NCBI GenBank assembly: GCA_001662655.1
Contig: KV460219.1
DNA: 64,000 nt
DNA from: Pseudogymnoascus verrucosus
Taxonomy: Eukaryota
Reading direction: 5' to 3' (one strand)
The notes beneath the pieces are model-generated. The model saw only the letters and a program-made list of their open reading frames with translations, did no database searches and was not told the DNA's origin. The stretch's first letter is position 1; every line of letters begins with the position of its first letter. Positions 11,186 to 23,483 of this stretch are shown one piece after another. The translations under genes and the position numbers were made by a program.

Positions 11186-13545
11186 CTAAATAATGGTGAA
11201 CTGACACCCGAACAATTCTTGTGACAAATACTTGCCATCAACACGAGCCCCTGTCTCGTTTTGCCGTTTAACTAATTCGTTCAACAATACCGAAGCTCTG
11301 ATGGCGTTTTGGGCGCCTTTCTGTCCCAACCTATATGGTGGCAATGAATCACTATGTTGTTGTTCAGTATCTGGGGTTGCGGTTCTCTCTCCTAGGAGAC
11401 GAAGTTGTGTAACGGACCACTGCTGTTTCTCCCCTATTTCAACCTCGCAGCCAAACATAAACATCGGCCACATCAAACCCGGGTGGATCACTTTCTGCCT
11501 GTCCATTACTAACAAGTGATTGTCCTTATTGTCCTCTGTCTCCCTAACACTTCGGCACATCATTCGCCAAAATTCATCGAGCGCCTCCTTGGCGGTGGAT
11601 GAGTGAGGAAGGCCCCACCAAGCCACTCGATGTATGTAAAGAAAGTGAGCCCAAAACGTCGCAATGTAGACCGCAAAAAGTTCGTCCAACCTCTCTGCAA
11701 TATCTTCACATACAACCCCAGAGAGGTCCTTTGCTGTCAGATCTAGCACGCGCGGACGTTGACGCCAAAGTTTCTTCAACTCCGTATCAATAGTTTTACA
11801 GGCAGTAACAACTTCGTATTCGTCCTCGACGGTGTTTCGTGATCGATGGTGACGGTCATGAGTTCCAATTTTACGACTATAGCTCTGCGAAACTAGGTGA
11901 AATTCTAATGCAGGCTGCATTATCGCGTTGAAAACGTTCATTTTGATTTCGCGAGGAGTTATAAACGAACGTGTTGGGAAGGACCGAGATGACGCTCTCC
12001 TCTTCCTTTCTTGGGTGAATACAGCCGCGGATCCATTCCGGCTGTCTTCTTCGGAGTCGTTGGAGACGGTTTCGTTTTCTGAATCGCCGCTATCCACAGT
12101 ACGATAGCTTCTCTCGAATCGATGTTGCAATACAACCTCCAATGATTTTGGCGTCAGAAGTTGCCTACCTCCCAAGTGGGATGCCTTAGCATCAAATGAG
12201 TTTAGCCATTGGAGTAGTCGCCGGGAAGCCGAATTCCACCTGGCGCTCCCCCTGATCACTGATTCGGCCAACTCAGTTGGGAAGTTAGACCGGTGAGCGT
12301 CCTGCTCATCACAGATAACCTCAAACCAAGCCAGTAGAAAGATTGCTGCTAGAAGAGCATTCTGAGACTTTTCATCAATTCTTCTTTCTCTTAGCCCCAT
12401 ACACGATCTCTGTTGTAATTCAAACGCCATTCTCCATTGAGAGCTACTACTCGACCGCAGCGTGGACTCACAAACCGAAAAGAGTTGCGTCAAAGCAAGG
12501 AGGGCGTCCATAACAACGCTATGAGATGAGGCTGTTCGAAGAAGATACTGTTGCATCTGATACCAGCCAGCAGGGTCAACTGATACCAAAGATGCTGGAG
12601 GTCGTGTACTGCGCTTAAAGTATGTGATTAGGTATGCTCGCGTCTCGTCTTTCAAAGGCAAGAAGTCCATCTCTGTTGTGATTTGAGCGTGAGAGTCCTT
12701 GGCTGCCGTTGAACTTGCAATTGGCATTGCGTTGTTTCCATTAGAAGGTAGATTCGGAGGGGATGCATGCATTCCACTTCTTCCCTGCGACAACGCACTG
12801 CCATGAACTAGATTGAAGTTGTATGGCACTTCTGACCCGGGAAAGGCCTGGGAATCTGAGAAGGCGAAAGTTGCGAAAGTAGAGCCTAAATTAGGAACAT
12901 TGAAAAAACCATCGAAATTGGGTGGGCATAGCGAGGTGTCCATTGAAACCGGCATAGCTGTGGCAGCGCCATCTACACTGTTGCTGCTGCCGTTGTGATT
13001 TGCATTGGAAGGTGCTTGATATTGAAAGGTGGCATCGCCCTCACTCTGGTTAGAGAAAATTTGCTCTGGTGCATAAAAGTGTTCGTATGGAGTCGGCGAG
13101 GGATACTGGCCAGCTCCTAGAGTTGTACCTGAGCTTGGCGTGACTACGACTTCTTGTCCTTTCGCTGAAGGCTCTCCTGATGGTGTATTGGGAAAACAAG
13201 AGGCTCCTGTTGCTAAAGTCGCCTGTAAATAATTGAAGTAAGGGATGAGAGTGAAAGGTAATATATACCTGAGGTTTGTGGGGACCCTGGAGAATTGCCG
13301 TTTTGAGACTGCGAAGGGCTATTCCTTATCTCTGCGTTCAATGACGCGGAAGCCGCAGACGATGCCGCACGACTTCTTCTAGGCGCAACTGGCACGTAGA
13401 CACAATCTATGCGCAGTCTTTCGCAGTTGTTGCAAATTGGGCGATGTTCATCACACCTTACGCGTCTGGTCTTGCACATAGTGCATCCATTCCGACTTCT
13501 TGGCCCTGACCTGCCGAAGCCTGTCTCCCTGTTAGATATAGGCAT
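11186..13545 (-). CDS. Zn(II)2Cys6 transcription factor with Fungal_trans_2-type C-terminal domain
   Basis: RSRNGCTMCKTRRVRCDEHRPICNNCERLRIDCVY zinc cluster, one short intron near 13213-13268, then a long ORF with LLAAIFLLAWFEV and HPGLMWPMFMFGCE. Confidence 0.9.
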
Positions 13546-13820
13546 GGCATAAACGTGTCGAATTTCTTAGAGCAGACTCTTAATAATTGCCGTTATTCTT
13601 TTAAACCTCGAATCTGCTTACGATGCTATACCTCTTCGTCCGATGGTCAGCGGCTGTTGGCAGTGTCGCGAGCTATACAGCTCTCACCATAACGAGATCC
13701 ACTGGAGCAGTCCAGAATCTAGAGACGGCAGAATATCGATGTATCTCAGATGGGTTATAGTTAAGGATTAGGCAAGGAAGAGGCACTGGGTTCAACGAGA
13801 ACAATGGTGGATAATCAAAA

Positions 13821-13868
13821 GCGGGGAACCGAAAGCGAGAAGTGAAAGGTGGGGTAACGAATGCGGGG
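13821..13868. promoter_or_regulatory. Three CreA-type SYGGRG sites upstream of the cluster TF
   Basis: GCGGGG at 13821, GTGGGG at 13849 and GCGGGG at 13863. Confidence 0.45.
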
Positions 13869-14028
13869 GCTCGCTTTTGAAGTTCAATAGTTTCGTTGCG
13901 TCACTCACAAAACGTACTTCGTACAATACTAGACTCTAACTAGTGCTTAAATCACATGATAGTAGCTATAACAGCTGTATTAGAAGGAGGGAAAGAAATT
14001 AGATTCCATAGGTTACATTAAGAAATAT

Positions 14029-15552
14029 CTATAACAAAGCTCTTTCTTGGTAATCGTCGCCATGAATAACCCAAGGCAAATGTGCCGTAGCCCACTTCGA
14101 CGAGCCACCACTGCGCGACTTAACAGCCTCCCAATCTGCTTTACTGATGCTACGTGCCTCGACAGCAGGATTGTATCCTAGCCTATGCCTACCATCATCT
14201 TCTGCCTTGATATCCTCGGCTTTTGGCACGGGCTTTCCGTCAGCGCGCTTGTAAATGGTAACAACAGTTGCTCCTCCTAGGCCCATGTTGTGCTGGAGGC
14301 AATACTTGGTCTGATCAACGGCTCTTGTGGTAGCCCAGCCTCTTAAATGCCATACTGTATGGTGTTACTATATGAGTTGGGCAGGCCAAAATCGGTGTTA
14401 CATACCAAGTTCTGTGCATTGCGCCAAACCAGTGGCTCCTAATGGATGGCCCTTTGAAATCAGGCCGCCGCTTGGGTTCACGATCCAGCCCTTTCCATCT
14501 AGACCAACACCACCGCCAGGTCCGTATGAAATTCCTCCGTCTTGTACCAGCTTCCAGGCTTTCCCTTCGTCAGCCAACCCCAGCCCTTCAAGAGCACACA
14601 TCTCGTTAGTCGTAAAGCAGTCGTGTAATTCGACGATTGTGACATCTCTCGGTGTGATATTAGCTTGTTTGTAAGCCTCCTTTGCGGCGAGCCTGGTCAT
14701 ATTTGAGCCAATGAGCTCAATGGCACTTGGGGGCTCAAAGAGTAGAGGTGTGTCCGTTGACATGGCCTGCCCTGCAATCTGAACGGCGGATCCAGCAAGA
14801 TGAGGATGCGATTTCAAGAATTGTTCCGAGCACACAATTGCAGCTGCCGCCCCGGTCGATGATGGGCAACATTGAAGACGGGTTATTTCCCCTGTTATAA
14901 CTGGGCTGTTCATAACTTCTTTTGTAGAGACAGTCTTCGCAAGCTGGCTGTATGGGTTGTTAACGCCGTGGGCTCTGTTGACCGACGTGATCTTTGCAAA
15001 GTGCTCGTTCTTGGCTCCCGCATTGCCATATCTTTGCAAGTACTCTGCCTGAGCATTCGCATATAATTGAGGAGTCCAACCAGGAGACTTCTTTCCCTTA
15101 TCTGCTTCCGGAATTAAGGTCTTGGACAGGTCGAGAATCCTTGAAAGAGGGTTTGTTCTGTCGTTGAAGATTTGAGGAAGCGCGCCAGGGTACATTTTGT
15201 CGAAACCGATGACCAAAACACATTCTGATTGACCTGATCGAATCGCTTGATTTGCCAGGTATAGACCAGTACTTCCAGAGCTGCAGTAGTTATTGACATT
15301 CGTGATAGGAATTCCGGTCATACCGAGAGCGTAGAACACTCGTTGCGCACAGGTTGAGTCGCCGAACACATAACAGCCAACTCCCGAGTCAACATCGTCA
15401 TATGTGAGTCCTGCATCCAATAACGCCTTCACCGCAGCTTCGACTGCTAAGTCGAAATAGTCGGAGTCTGGGTTTCTAGCAGATTTGGCAGAGTTCTTTG
15501 GAGACTTAAATGGGGTCATGCCCACGCCAGCAATATATGTTGGCTGCGACAT
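14029..15552 (-). CDS. SCP2/SCPx-type 3-ketoacyl-CoA thiolase (non-specific lipid-transfer protein-like) without SCP2 domain; 2 exons
   Basis: NVNNYCSSGSTG (catalytic Cys), the HDCF fingerprint of SCP2 thiolases, GHPLGATG, and LQHNMGLGGA after an intron near 14360-14405. The protein ends in ERALL. Confidence 0.9.
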
Positions 15553-15768
15553 GATGAAGGAAGACGTTGTGGGAGAACTTCTATGATTAGAAAAGAAAAT
15601 GCAACGTAGAGAAAGAAATTAAAGAAAAAGCTCAGGAAAAGAGGCATCAAGATATGGACACCCGCACAAAGAGAACCATTAGAACTACCTCGATCCGATA
15701 GATCTATAATTATTTTCCACCATCATCTTCGTACTCAACCCCGATAGGATCGCCTCGTGCCTTCGAAT

Positions 15769-15899
15769 GCGGGGATCAAGGCGGGGTTTCATAGTAGACG
15801 ACACCCGACACCCGACACGACACGACAACGACAGGCGAGCAAGCACCACCATCGAACCTCGTCAACAACTAGTATACGGAAGACTGCGGGGTTGCGGGG
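15769..15899. promoter_or_regulatory. Four GCGGGG (CreA-type) sites upstream of the thiolase
   Basis: GCGGGG at 15769, 15781, 15886 and 15894, arranged as two close pairs. Confidence 0.5.
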
Positions 15900-16277
15900 T
15901 AAAGTAGGTCACGAAGTTCCTGAATTCGCGCCGCACAGAACAGCTTGGACATTGATGGCCGTGTACGGAGTAAACGCTTGCCGCTCGACGTAGAGTCCTT
16001 GAGGCAATTAAGATAACTATTATTGATAATGAAGCATTCTCAAAGGAAAGGTCGCTTATCGCGATGCAAGATGGAAAGGCGCACGCTACCTTGGCTAAAC
16101 AAAAGTCTCGCTTCAGGTACTTGTACTTCGGGCACGAGTACCACAGCAACGCAGAGCTTGAACAATCGCGAAGATCACCCAGCATTGCCGTGGTCAGTTT
16201 ATGAATTCTACGGGCCTATATGTCTATAATTCTATGCCTACCAAAGCTCTATCGAGCCCGCGAAAGGAAGCCGTTAA

Positions 16278-17157
16278 TCATATCCGACTGGGCATTCGGG
16301 TCGCTCCATCAATTCTCAGCACAGTGCCATTCAAAAATGAGTTCTCCAAGATATGTTGAACCAAACCCGCAAATTCAGACGGACGTCCAGCCCGATCTGG
16401 GAACTCTAATACTCGCTGGAGACTTTCTTTTGCCTTCACAGGCATGTTGGTTGTCATGCCCGTCTCAAACAGACCAGGAGATATCGATACAGCGCGAATA
16501 CCGTGCCTCGCCAGATCTCTTGCCATTGGCAATGTCAACGATGCGATTGCTCCCTTCGCTGCGCTATATGCGACCTGACCGGGTTGACCGTCAAAAGCTG
16601 CTGCAGATGACACTGTGATCACGACCCCTCTTTCTCCGCCCTCATCCTTTTCTTGAATTGCGATATGAGGCAGTAGTTGCCGTATCACATCGATTGTGCC
16701 AACAACATTGATATCAAGCACCTTCTTGAAGGACTCTATTGAGAATGGTGTATTATCCTTTCCAAGGATCTAGAAAATTGTCAGAATGACAAACATTAAA
16801 CGCTTTGCAATGACTCACTTTAGCAGGGCCGAGTATACCTGCACAGCAAACAACTCCCCCAATATATCTCGTTATGTCACGCTTCCATGACAAGATCTTC
16901 GTGATAGCGGCTGTAATATCGCTAGAATTCGAGACATCCACTCTGTAGAATCGAGCCTTTGACCCTAGCCGACCTGCAACATCCTCTTTATCGTGAACAT
17001 CCATAATGGCAACGTATGCTCCATTGGCTACAAGCTTCTCTACAGTAGCAAGCCCAAGGCCTGAAACCCTAGGTGAATATTAGCTATGCCCAAGGGTCTC
17101 AGACGATAAGTAAGCATACCCTCCAGTAACAAGAAAGAGTCTTCCGTCGATCTTCAT
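16278..17157 (-). CDS. 3-hydroxyacyl-CoA dehydrogenase type 2 (HSD17B10/HSD10-like SDR); 3 exons
   Basis: MKIDGRLFLVTGG|VSGLGLATVEKL, VVCCAGI, GERGVVITVSSAAAFDGQPGQVAYSAAKGAIASLTLPMARDLA and FLNGTVLRIDGATRMPSRI. Confidence 0.9.
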
Positions 17158-17286
17158 TTTGAGGGTTCTCGTTCTTTACGGGGTTTGAATTGTGCTTTTA
17201 GAATTTGGCAGATATAATACGAGGGCCTCTAAACATAAAGAGATAGAAAGACAAAAGTCACGGCGCGTTAGACTTGTATAACATAC

Positions 17287-17579
17287 CCGAGGTATCTAAA
17301 GATCTAACCCTTGTCATATATAGCACATCAACCTAGGGAGACTTTTTCTGAAGCGCATCATTCATGGCCACTGGGGAGAATTCACGGAGTTTAGTGCCTG
17401 GAGTTGTGGAGAACGCGTAGAGTGCAGTGGTTGTGATGGGTGGCCTCTCGGGTCTCGGGTCTCGTTTCTAAGCTCGGGAGATTTCGAACCCCATATGCAA
17501 CTTATCAAATTATACATCTTGCCCACACATTGATGGAATGGGTATCTCGAGTCCCATAGACTTGCTATCCAGGCCTCGG
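17287..17579. promoter_or_regulatory. Two FarA/FarB-type core sites (CCGAGG/CCTCGG) in the divergent dehydrogenase/ligase promoter
   Basis: CCGAGG at 17287-17292 and CCTCGG at 17574-17579. There is also CTGGGG at 17371 and a CTCGGGT tandem near 17446-17464. Confidence 0.45.
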
Positions 17580-17740
17580 CTGTTGATCTCTTATAACTTT
17601 CCCAAATGACTACCTACCCCACCTTCGTGGCGGTTCAAGGTAGCGGCCTATGATTCTTATCTTCTCCGTGCTCCCATTCTGTCTTCATCTCCATCATACA
17701 TCTTTATTTTCCAGCGGGCATAACTCAGCATAGTTTTAAC

Positions 17741-19551
17741 ATGGAAACTCTAAGAAAAGAAAAAATTGCCATGGCGCGGGCGGCGAAAAATGGCGGCTCC
17801 ATAGTTCATGGACCATCACAACCATGTGCCACTGACAAAACATTTGGAAACTTGCTTAGAGAGCAGGCCCAGACCAATGGGAATGGACTGCTTGTACTTT
17901 CAGATCACCAGAACAAAAGTCTCACATACTCTCAGGCAGACAGACGAACAGATGATTTGGCGAGAGGGTTAGCTGCAATGGGCGTCAAGAAGGGTGACAG
18001 AGTTGCTGTTATGATGGGAAATCTGGTCGAATACGTGGAACTGTTCTTCGCATGTGCGAAATTAGGCACATTGGTATGAAATCTGTTGCTCTTTAAATAT
18101 CGTTCATCCTAAATACTAATGATCTCTTCCAGATTACTCTTGCGAATTATGGTTACTCAGAGCGCGAGTTGCATTCTGTCCTGTCGTCCTGTGGAACTTC
18201 TGTGCTGGTCATGGTACCTGGCTTTGACCGCTACGATTACCGACCTTGGATTCCCAGATTGAAGAGCGGAATCAAGTCACTAGAGCATGTGATTATGGTG
18301 AATGGCGAAGCAAACGATGGCGCGCATTCCATTCCCTTTGAAGAGGTCGTTCTGCAAGGCACGAAGTCAAATTTGGATCTTCTCGCCATTGAGCGGACAA
18401 ATAACTCCAACGACATCCTCAACCTCCAATTCACCAGCGGCTCAACGGGCAACCCTAAAGCATCTGCTCTGACCCACAAAGGAGTTTTCAATGCAGGAAA
18501 GCTTATAGGCGACACAATGTACCTCAAATCATATGATCGAATCTGCACTCCGGTCCCTCTCTTCCACAGTTTTGGTATCATAATCGGCCTCGCCACAGCG
18601 GCAGCACGGGGCGCATCAATCATCTTACCCAGCGAAGTATTCAACATAGAGGCAACGCTACGGTCCGTGGAGAAGAACAAGTGCACGGGAATATATGGCG
18701 TGACAACTATGTTCGTGTCAGAAATAGCACATCCCAATTTTAGCCAATACGACAAGACGACTCTTCGTTTCGCAATCGTCGCTGGCTCCGCGGTGCCGGA
18801 ACCCCTCATCAAGCGAATATGGGCTGCTTTCGGGATCACCCAAACACACACAAACTGGGGCCTGACTGAATCTTCATCTATTTGCACGATGACGAAAGAT
18901 ACCGATACAATGGAGAAGCGGACCAAGACATCTGGCCGCCTATTTCCCGGATTCTCAGCAAAGATTGTGGACCCAGTCACGAATCTCATCATGCAACGAG
19001 GGGAGAAAGGCGAGATCGTGCTTCGAGGGGCCGGAATTCAAAAATGCTACTACGGCGACGAGGAGAAGACGAAAGAGGCACACAAAATAAGTTCAGAAGA
19101 TGGTTTGGAGTGGTTCCACAGTGGCGACGAAGGATACATTGATCGTGAGGGCTACTTCTGCATCACCGGCCGCATCAAGGATATGATCATTCGTGGAGGA
19201 GAGAATATTGCTCCTCTCGAAATCGAAGAGCGACTCATGAACCATCCTGCTATTGCACAAGTCTCTGTCATTGGCGTGCCGGATGAGAAATATGGTGAGC
19301 AGATTGCGGCATTCGTGGAGTGGTCCGGTAATGGGCGGGTTCCAACTGACGTTGAGCTGAGAAGCTGGGTGAGAGAGACGTTGGCGCAGTTCAAGCAGCC
19401 AAAATATATCTGGTGGCTTGGATCGAGAAAAGAATTCCAGCTTTGGCCAAAGACCCAAAGTGGGAAGTTGAGGAAGCCAGATCTAAGGATAATTGGGAAC
19501 AGGATATTGGCTTCTGGTGTCATTCCTAATCAGATATCTGCGCGCTTATAG
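17741..19551 (+). CDS. AMP-binding acyl-CoA synthetase (ACSF2-like) with C-terminal PTS1 (-ARL); 2 exons
   Basis: P-loop LQFTSGSTGNPK, PVPLFHSFG, WGLTESS, WFHSGDEG...GRIKDMIIRGGENI and PKTQSGKLRK. Intron at ~18073-18132. The protein ends in SARL. Confidence 0.92.
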
Positions 19552-20398
19552 ACTGGCTATTTATTGACTACTCGGGGGATCTTAGCGAATCTGTGCATTA
19601 CGGTATATAGCTGTTAGACAGTAGTTTAAGATAAACCCAAAGGAGAGGGGGAGAGGCGGGAGTAAGGGACAGCTAGGATGATGTGGGGTATTGTAGTAGT
19701 ATTCTAGGTAGAGGAAAATAGCCTCTGTTACCTAAAAGCTATCGATAAAAAATTATTTTCAATCCTCTGATTCTCAGAACCGAAATCGCAAAATGTAAGC
19801 CAATTGCGTATTGGCACATATGGTGGTTGTTGCCCGGCTGCTTGGTCTGAGAAGATAGATAGATACAGCAGCTTCAAAACCCCAACTCTACGAGGAGAAT
19901 GTCTACATCACAAATACTCCGCTCCCACTGCTTTTGAAATGCGCTAATCGTGGTCGCAAGCGGAGTGCGTCTGCGAGATTTTATATTGTAAATCGATTGT
20001 GTTTTAGATAAAAATAATTATTTTATATTTTTATATTTTATGACCTTAAGTCACGTTACATATAATTTACTATGTAAAAGTACCACTAAACCACTGATGC
20101 CGGATTGTTGTTAACATATTACCGTATTCCGTTCTATATTTAGCACGCCTGGTTGCTTTAACCACCGTAACTTTCGGTTTTTGCGACTGCGAAAAGCAGG
20201 CCCTAGTTTCTCGTTTCTCGTTTCCCGTTGCTCCTTCCCTATTGATCCTTTCTATAGCCGGTAGCCGTCCTTCCTCTTCCTCTACAGGCTCTAGGGCTGG
20301 CATCATTTAAGCGTGACAAGGTAAATGCTTACTGTGCAGCAATTTTTCGGTAGGATGAACGCTAAATGTAGAGGTTACCTGCCTGTTAAGGCTTCTCA

Positions 20399-20432
20399 TG
20401 AGTTACTTATCATGAGTCACTTCTCTGAGTCA
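20399..20432. promoter_or_regulatory. Tandem Gcn4/CpcA (AP-1-like) TGAGTCA elements
   Basis: TGAGTTA at 20399, TGAGTCA at 20413 and TGAGTCA at 20426, about 220 bp upstream of the methyltransferase ATG. Confidence 0.55.
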
Positions 20433-20652
20433 CTTTAGCGTCAAGGACAGATCCGGCTTTTCTTCAAAGTTTGGAAAGGATTTTGTATAGATAAACAGCA
20501 GCCTCAAGTGTTTCCCTCTCCTGCCGACTCTAGGTATATCCCCACAAGCATCTAGTTGAAGCATCCAGTTGAAGCCGCAAGTATACGTACTCCCTAGTTC
20601 AATTTACCTTTACCAGAATCTCCCTTAAAGAAATCTCGGTACTACTTCCACA

Positions 20653-21643
20653 ATGATAGAGCCATCTGCCAAAGCGAAAGAGCTCTCACAAATATTCCTC
20701 GACAGCAATCTAGGAGGGTTGGATCACCGTATTAATCTTACTAAGTTTTGGGGAATCACACCTGGATCACGAGTTTTGGAAATTGGCTGTGGTCAAGGTG
20801 ACTGCACGACTGTTCTAGCAGACGCAGTTGGCCCGGACGGACATGTAGACGCTGTAGATCCAGGGGCGCCTGATTATGGTAGTTACACATCTCCCTACAC
20901 AACCTCCATCTCTGTGATTATGGCCCCAAAAGAGCCTATTATCTGTTATCTATTTGCTCCTTTATCTTTCAAGACATTTGCTAAATCCACAAATAGGTGC
21001 CCCCTACACACTTGCCCAATGCCAGAGCAACCTCCTCGCCGGCCCCTTAGGTTCACGCATAAACTTCCACAACACAGACCCAGTCGCCTTTCTGTCCACC
21101 CTTCCTTCTTCCGCCAAACCCTACGACTTTGTCGTTCTCGCTCACTGTATCTGGTATTTCGAGACTCCCGTCATTCTCTCTGAAATCATCTCAGCCTTGG
21201 CTGGTCACACCACCCGTCTGTGTCTCGCAGAATGGGGTCTCCGTGCTAACAGAGCCGAGACTTTGCCGCATGTTGTTACTGCGTTATTGCTAGCAAATAT
21301 TGAGGCGAAGCGTTTGACGCCTAGCACGAGAAATGTCAGATCAGTCTTAAGCCCACAGCAGATTGTGAACAATGTGGTAGAGAAGGGGAGGTTCGCGTTG
21401 GTGGAAGAGACAAGGGGGAAGTCAGGAGATACCTTACAAGATGGGTATTGGGAGGTGAGTGATTTATTAAGGAATAGAGTGAAGTTTCTAGATAGGATGA
21501 AGAGGGATGGGGTCAGTAACAAAGAGATTGGGGCATTGGTTGCTATGTTTGATAGTGTGCAGGCGGGTGTCGATATAATTGGTGGAAATGTAAAGGATGT
21601 GAAGACTATGGATTGGTGGACTGGGGTTTTTGAGGGCATTTGA
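20653..21643 (+). CDS. Class I SAM-dependent methyltransferase (UstM-like); 2 exons
   Basis: Motif I in GSRVLEIGCGQGDCT, then VDAVDPG and YDFVVLAHCIWYF. Intron at ~20879-20996. Confidence 0.85.
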
Positions 21644-22484
21644 TCATGTTTTCGTGCTGATTAGGGAGATGGTGGAAGGTGCGGACGAAGATAGGAAAGA
21701 GGAAAGCCAGCCAAGTTGTCCAAACTATCCGAATCAAATAGATCATATAAATTATATTGATCGTGGCCAGAGAGACGAAGGCTAAAGTGTTGGAAGTTTC
21801 ATGGCTCCGCTTGAAGCTATACGGTGGCGACCTCAAGCAGTGGCAGTCTCACCAGAAGCACTAAACGTAAAGTATTATCTACTGACCTCTGTAACTATTC
21901 GCCGAGCTCTAAACAAAACAGCTTAAGGCTCCAAAGTCTTCACTTCTAGCTAGCAATATCACTCTCGATCATTACAATATATGGTACCGGGTACTATACC
22001 ATATGTTAGAGACCTCAAGTTCTCAAAGCAACTCACTCCCGAAAATGGACAATCAATCGCGATTGCCATATATGGAGGTTCGATTCATCTGACCGCTTTA
22101 AAATCTGCCCTTTTCGTGTTTTCGTCACTTGCAAAAGTGGCTCCTTATGGGCGTTGGTTCAGACGCATGGTTCCTCCCCACAAATGGACAATCGGCATTA
22201 CAATTATCTGCGGAGAGTTACCCAAGCCATTGCAGGTATCTTGGGGTAAACAGGGCAATCGCGGAGGTGATGACAGTAAAAATATGTAGAAATAAATATG
22301 ATTTGTGGTAAAGCTGGTCGACTCAGCTATTACCTTAATGAGAGTAATATCATATCTCTTCCTAATCCAACATATAAACGAAACCCCATTTGATACATCC
22401 AAATTTGTCTTGATAACCAAGGGAAGAAACTGAAAGCTCTCTTTCCAACCCTATATATCACCATCAACACAACCCAGCCTAGAT

Positions 22485-23483
22485 CTAGGCGGCACTGTTT
22501 ATAATGCCAAACCACTCGAGGTCTAAGTTCTCGTTAACAGGGACAGTGTGTCCTACACCATCTGCAGAGTACGCCACAAACTGGGTTCCGTCGCCATAGA
22601 TAAGCTGCGTGTATCCCTTCTGCGGCGTGTTAGGGTGCTCAGAAGTCTTATTGATTCCGAACACGGTTGACCACTGCTTAATTTGCTCCCCCAAATCCTT
22701 GATAGAGACAACATTGTCGGCCGTTCCATGTAGGGTGGCAAACTTGGGTCGTCTGCCGTTGTATCCTGGATCCATGTTGTACACAATCTGAGCCCATTGT
22801 TCGCCGGTCTTGATGATATCGCCATTGGCGCATGCAGGATCCGAACTGATGGGGCTAGAGCTGGGAGAGCCGGCGAGACAGCCCGCGGGTACACCAGAGT
22901 AGCAGGTCGCAGCAGCAAACAGATCGGGATAGAGAGAAATCATAACGTTGGTCATCATGCAGCCAGAAGAGGAACCGGTGACGAAGATTTCGGCTGGGTC
23001 GGCGTTGTACTCTGATATGACGAACTTGACCATGTTGGCTAGGCCAGTGCTGTCTCCGCCTCCGTTCCTGGTCAGAGAAGCCTTCGATGCGACGTCCCAG
23101 CAACCGGTCTCATCAAGGCTGGAAGGATAAACGACGATGAAACCGTGTTTGTCAGCAAGCGATGAGTACTTCGTGAAGGCATTGTATATGGCGCCTGACC
23201 CAAAGCAAAAGTGAAGCTGAATGTTGAGTCAGCCTAACATGTTCATCTCCTATAGCTCAGAATAAAAAGATGATAATAAACATACCGCAAAAATGACGGC
23301 TGGGCTTTTAGCAACATTTCTAGGCTTATAGACCTGCATCTGCAGGTTGCTTGGGTTGTCCCCCCAATTTGTGACAGTCCTCAGTGGAGGAGGAATCCCT
23401 CCAAAAGGAAATTGGGCAACGCACTCTTGGGAGAGAAGCGCGATTGCGACAGCCAGGACGCGGAGAGAAACTTGAGAGAACAT
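22485..23483 (-). CDS. Secreted CE1 acetylxylan esterase (PHB-depolymerase-type esterase), no CBM; 2 exons
   Basis: Signal peptide, NWGDNPSNLQMQVYKP, CWDVAS, FVTGSSSGCMMT (nucleophile), LHGTADNVV and GVGHTVP. Confidence 0.9.

Noticed and set aside
18237..18992. 251-aa minus-strand ORF, and similar antisense ORFs at 25904-26473, 47089-47763 and 55864-56472
   Set aside because: Each mirrors a well-supported gene on the opposite strand.
20653..21643. Ustiloxin-like RiPP cluster suggested by the UstM-like methyltransferase
   Set aside because: No repetitive KR-delimited precursor, DUF3328 oxidase or tyrosinase is present in the window.
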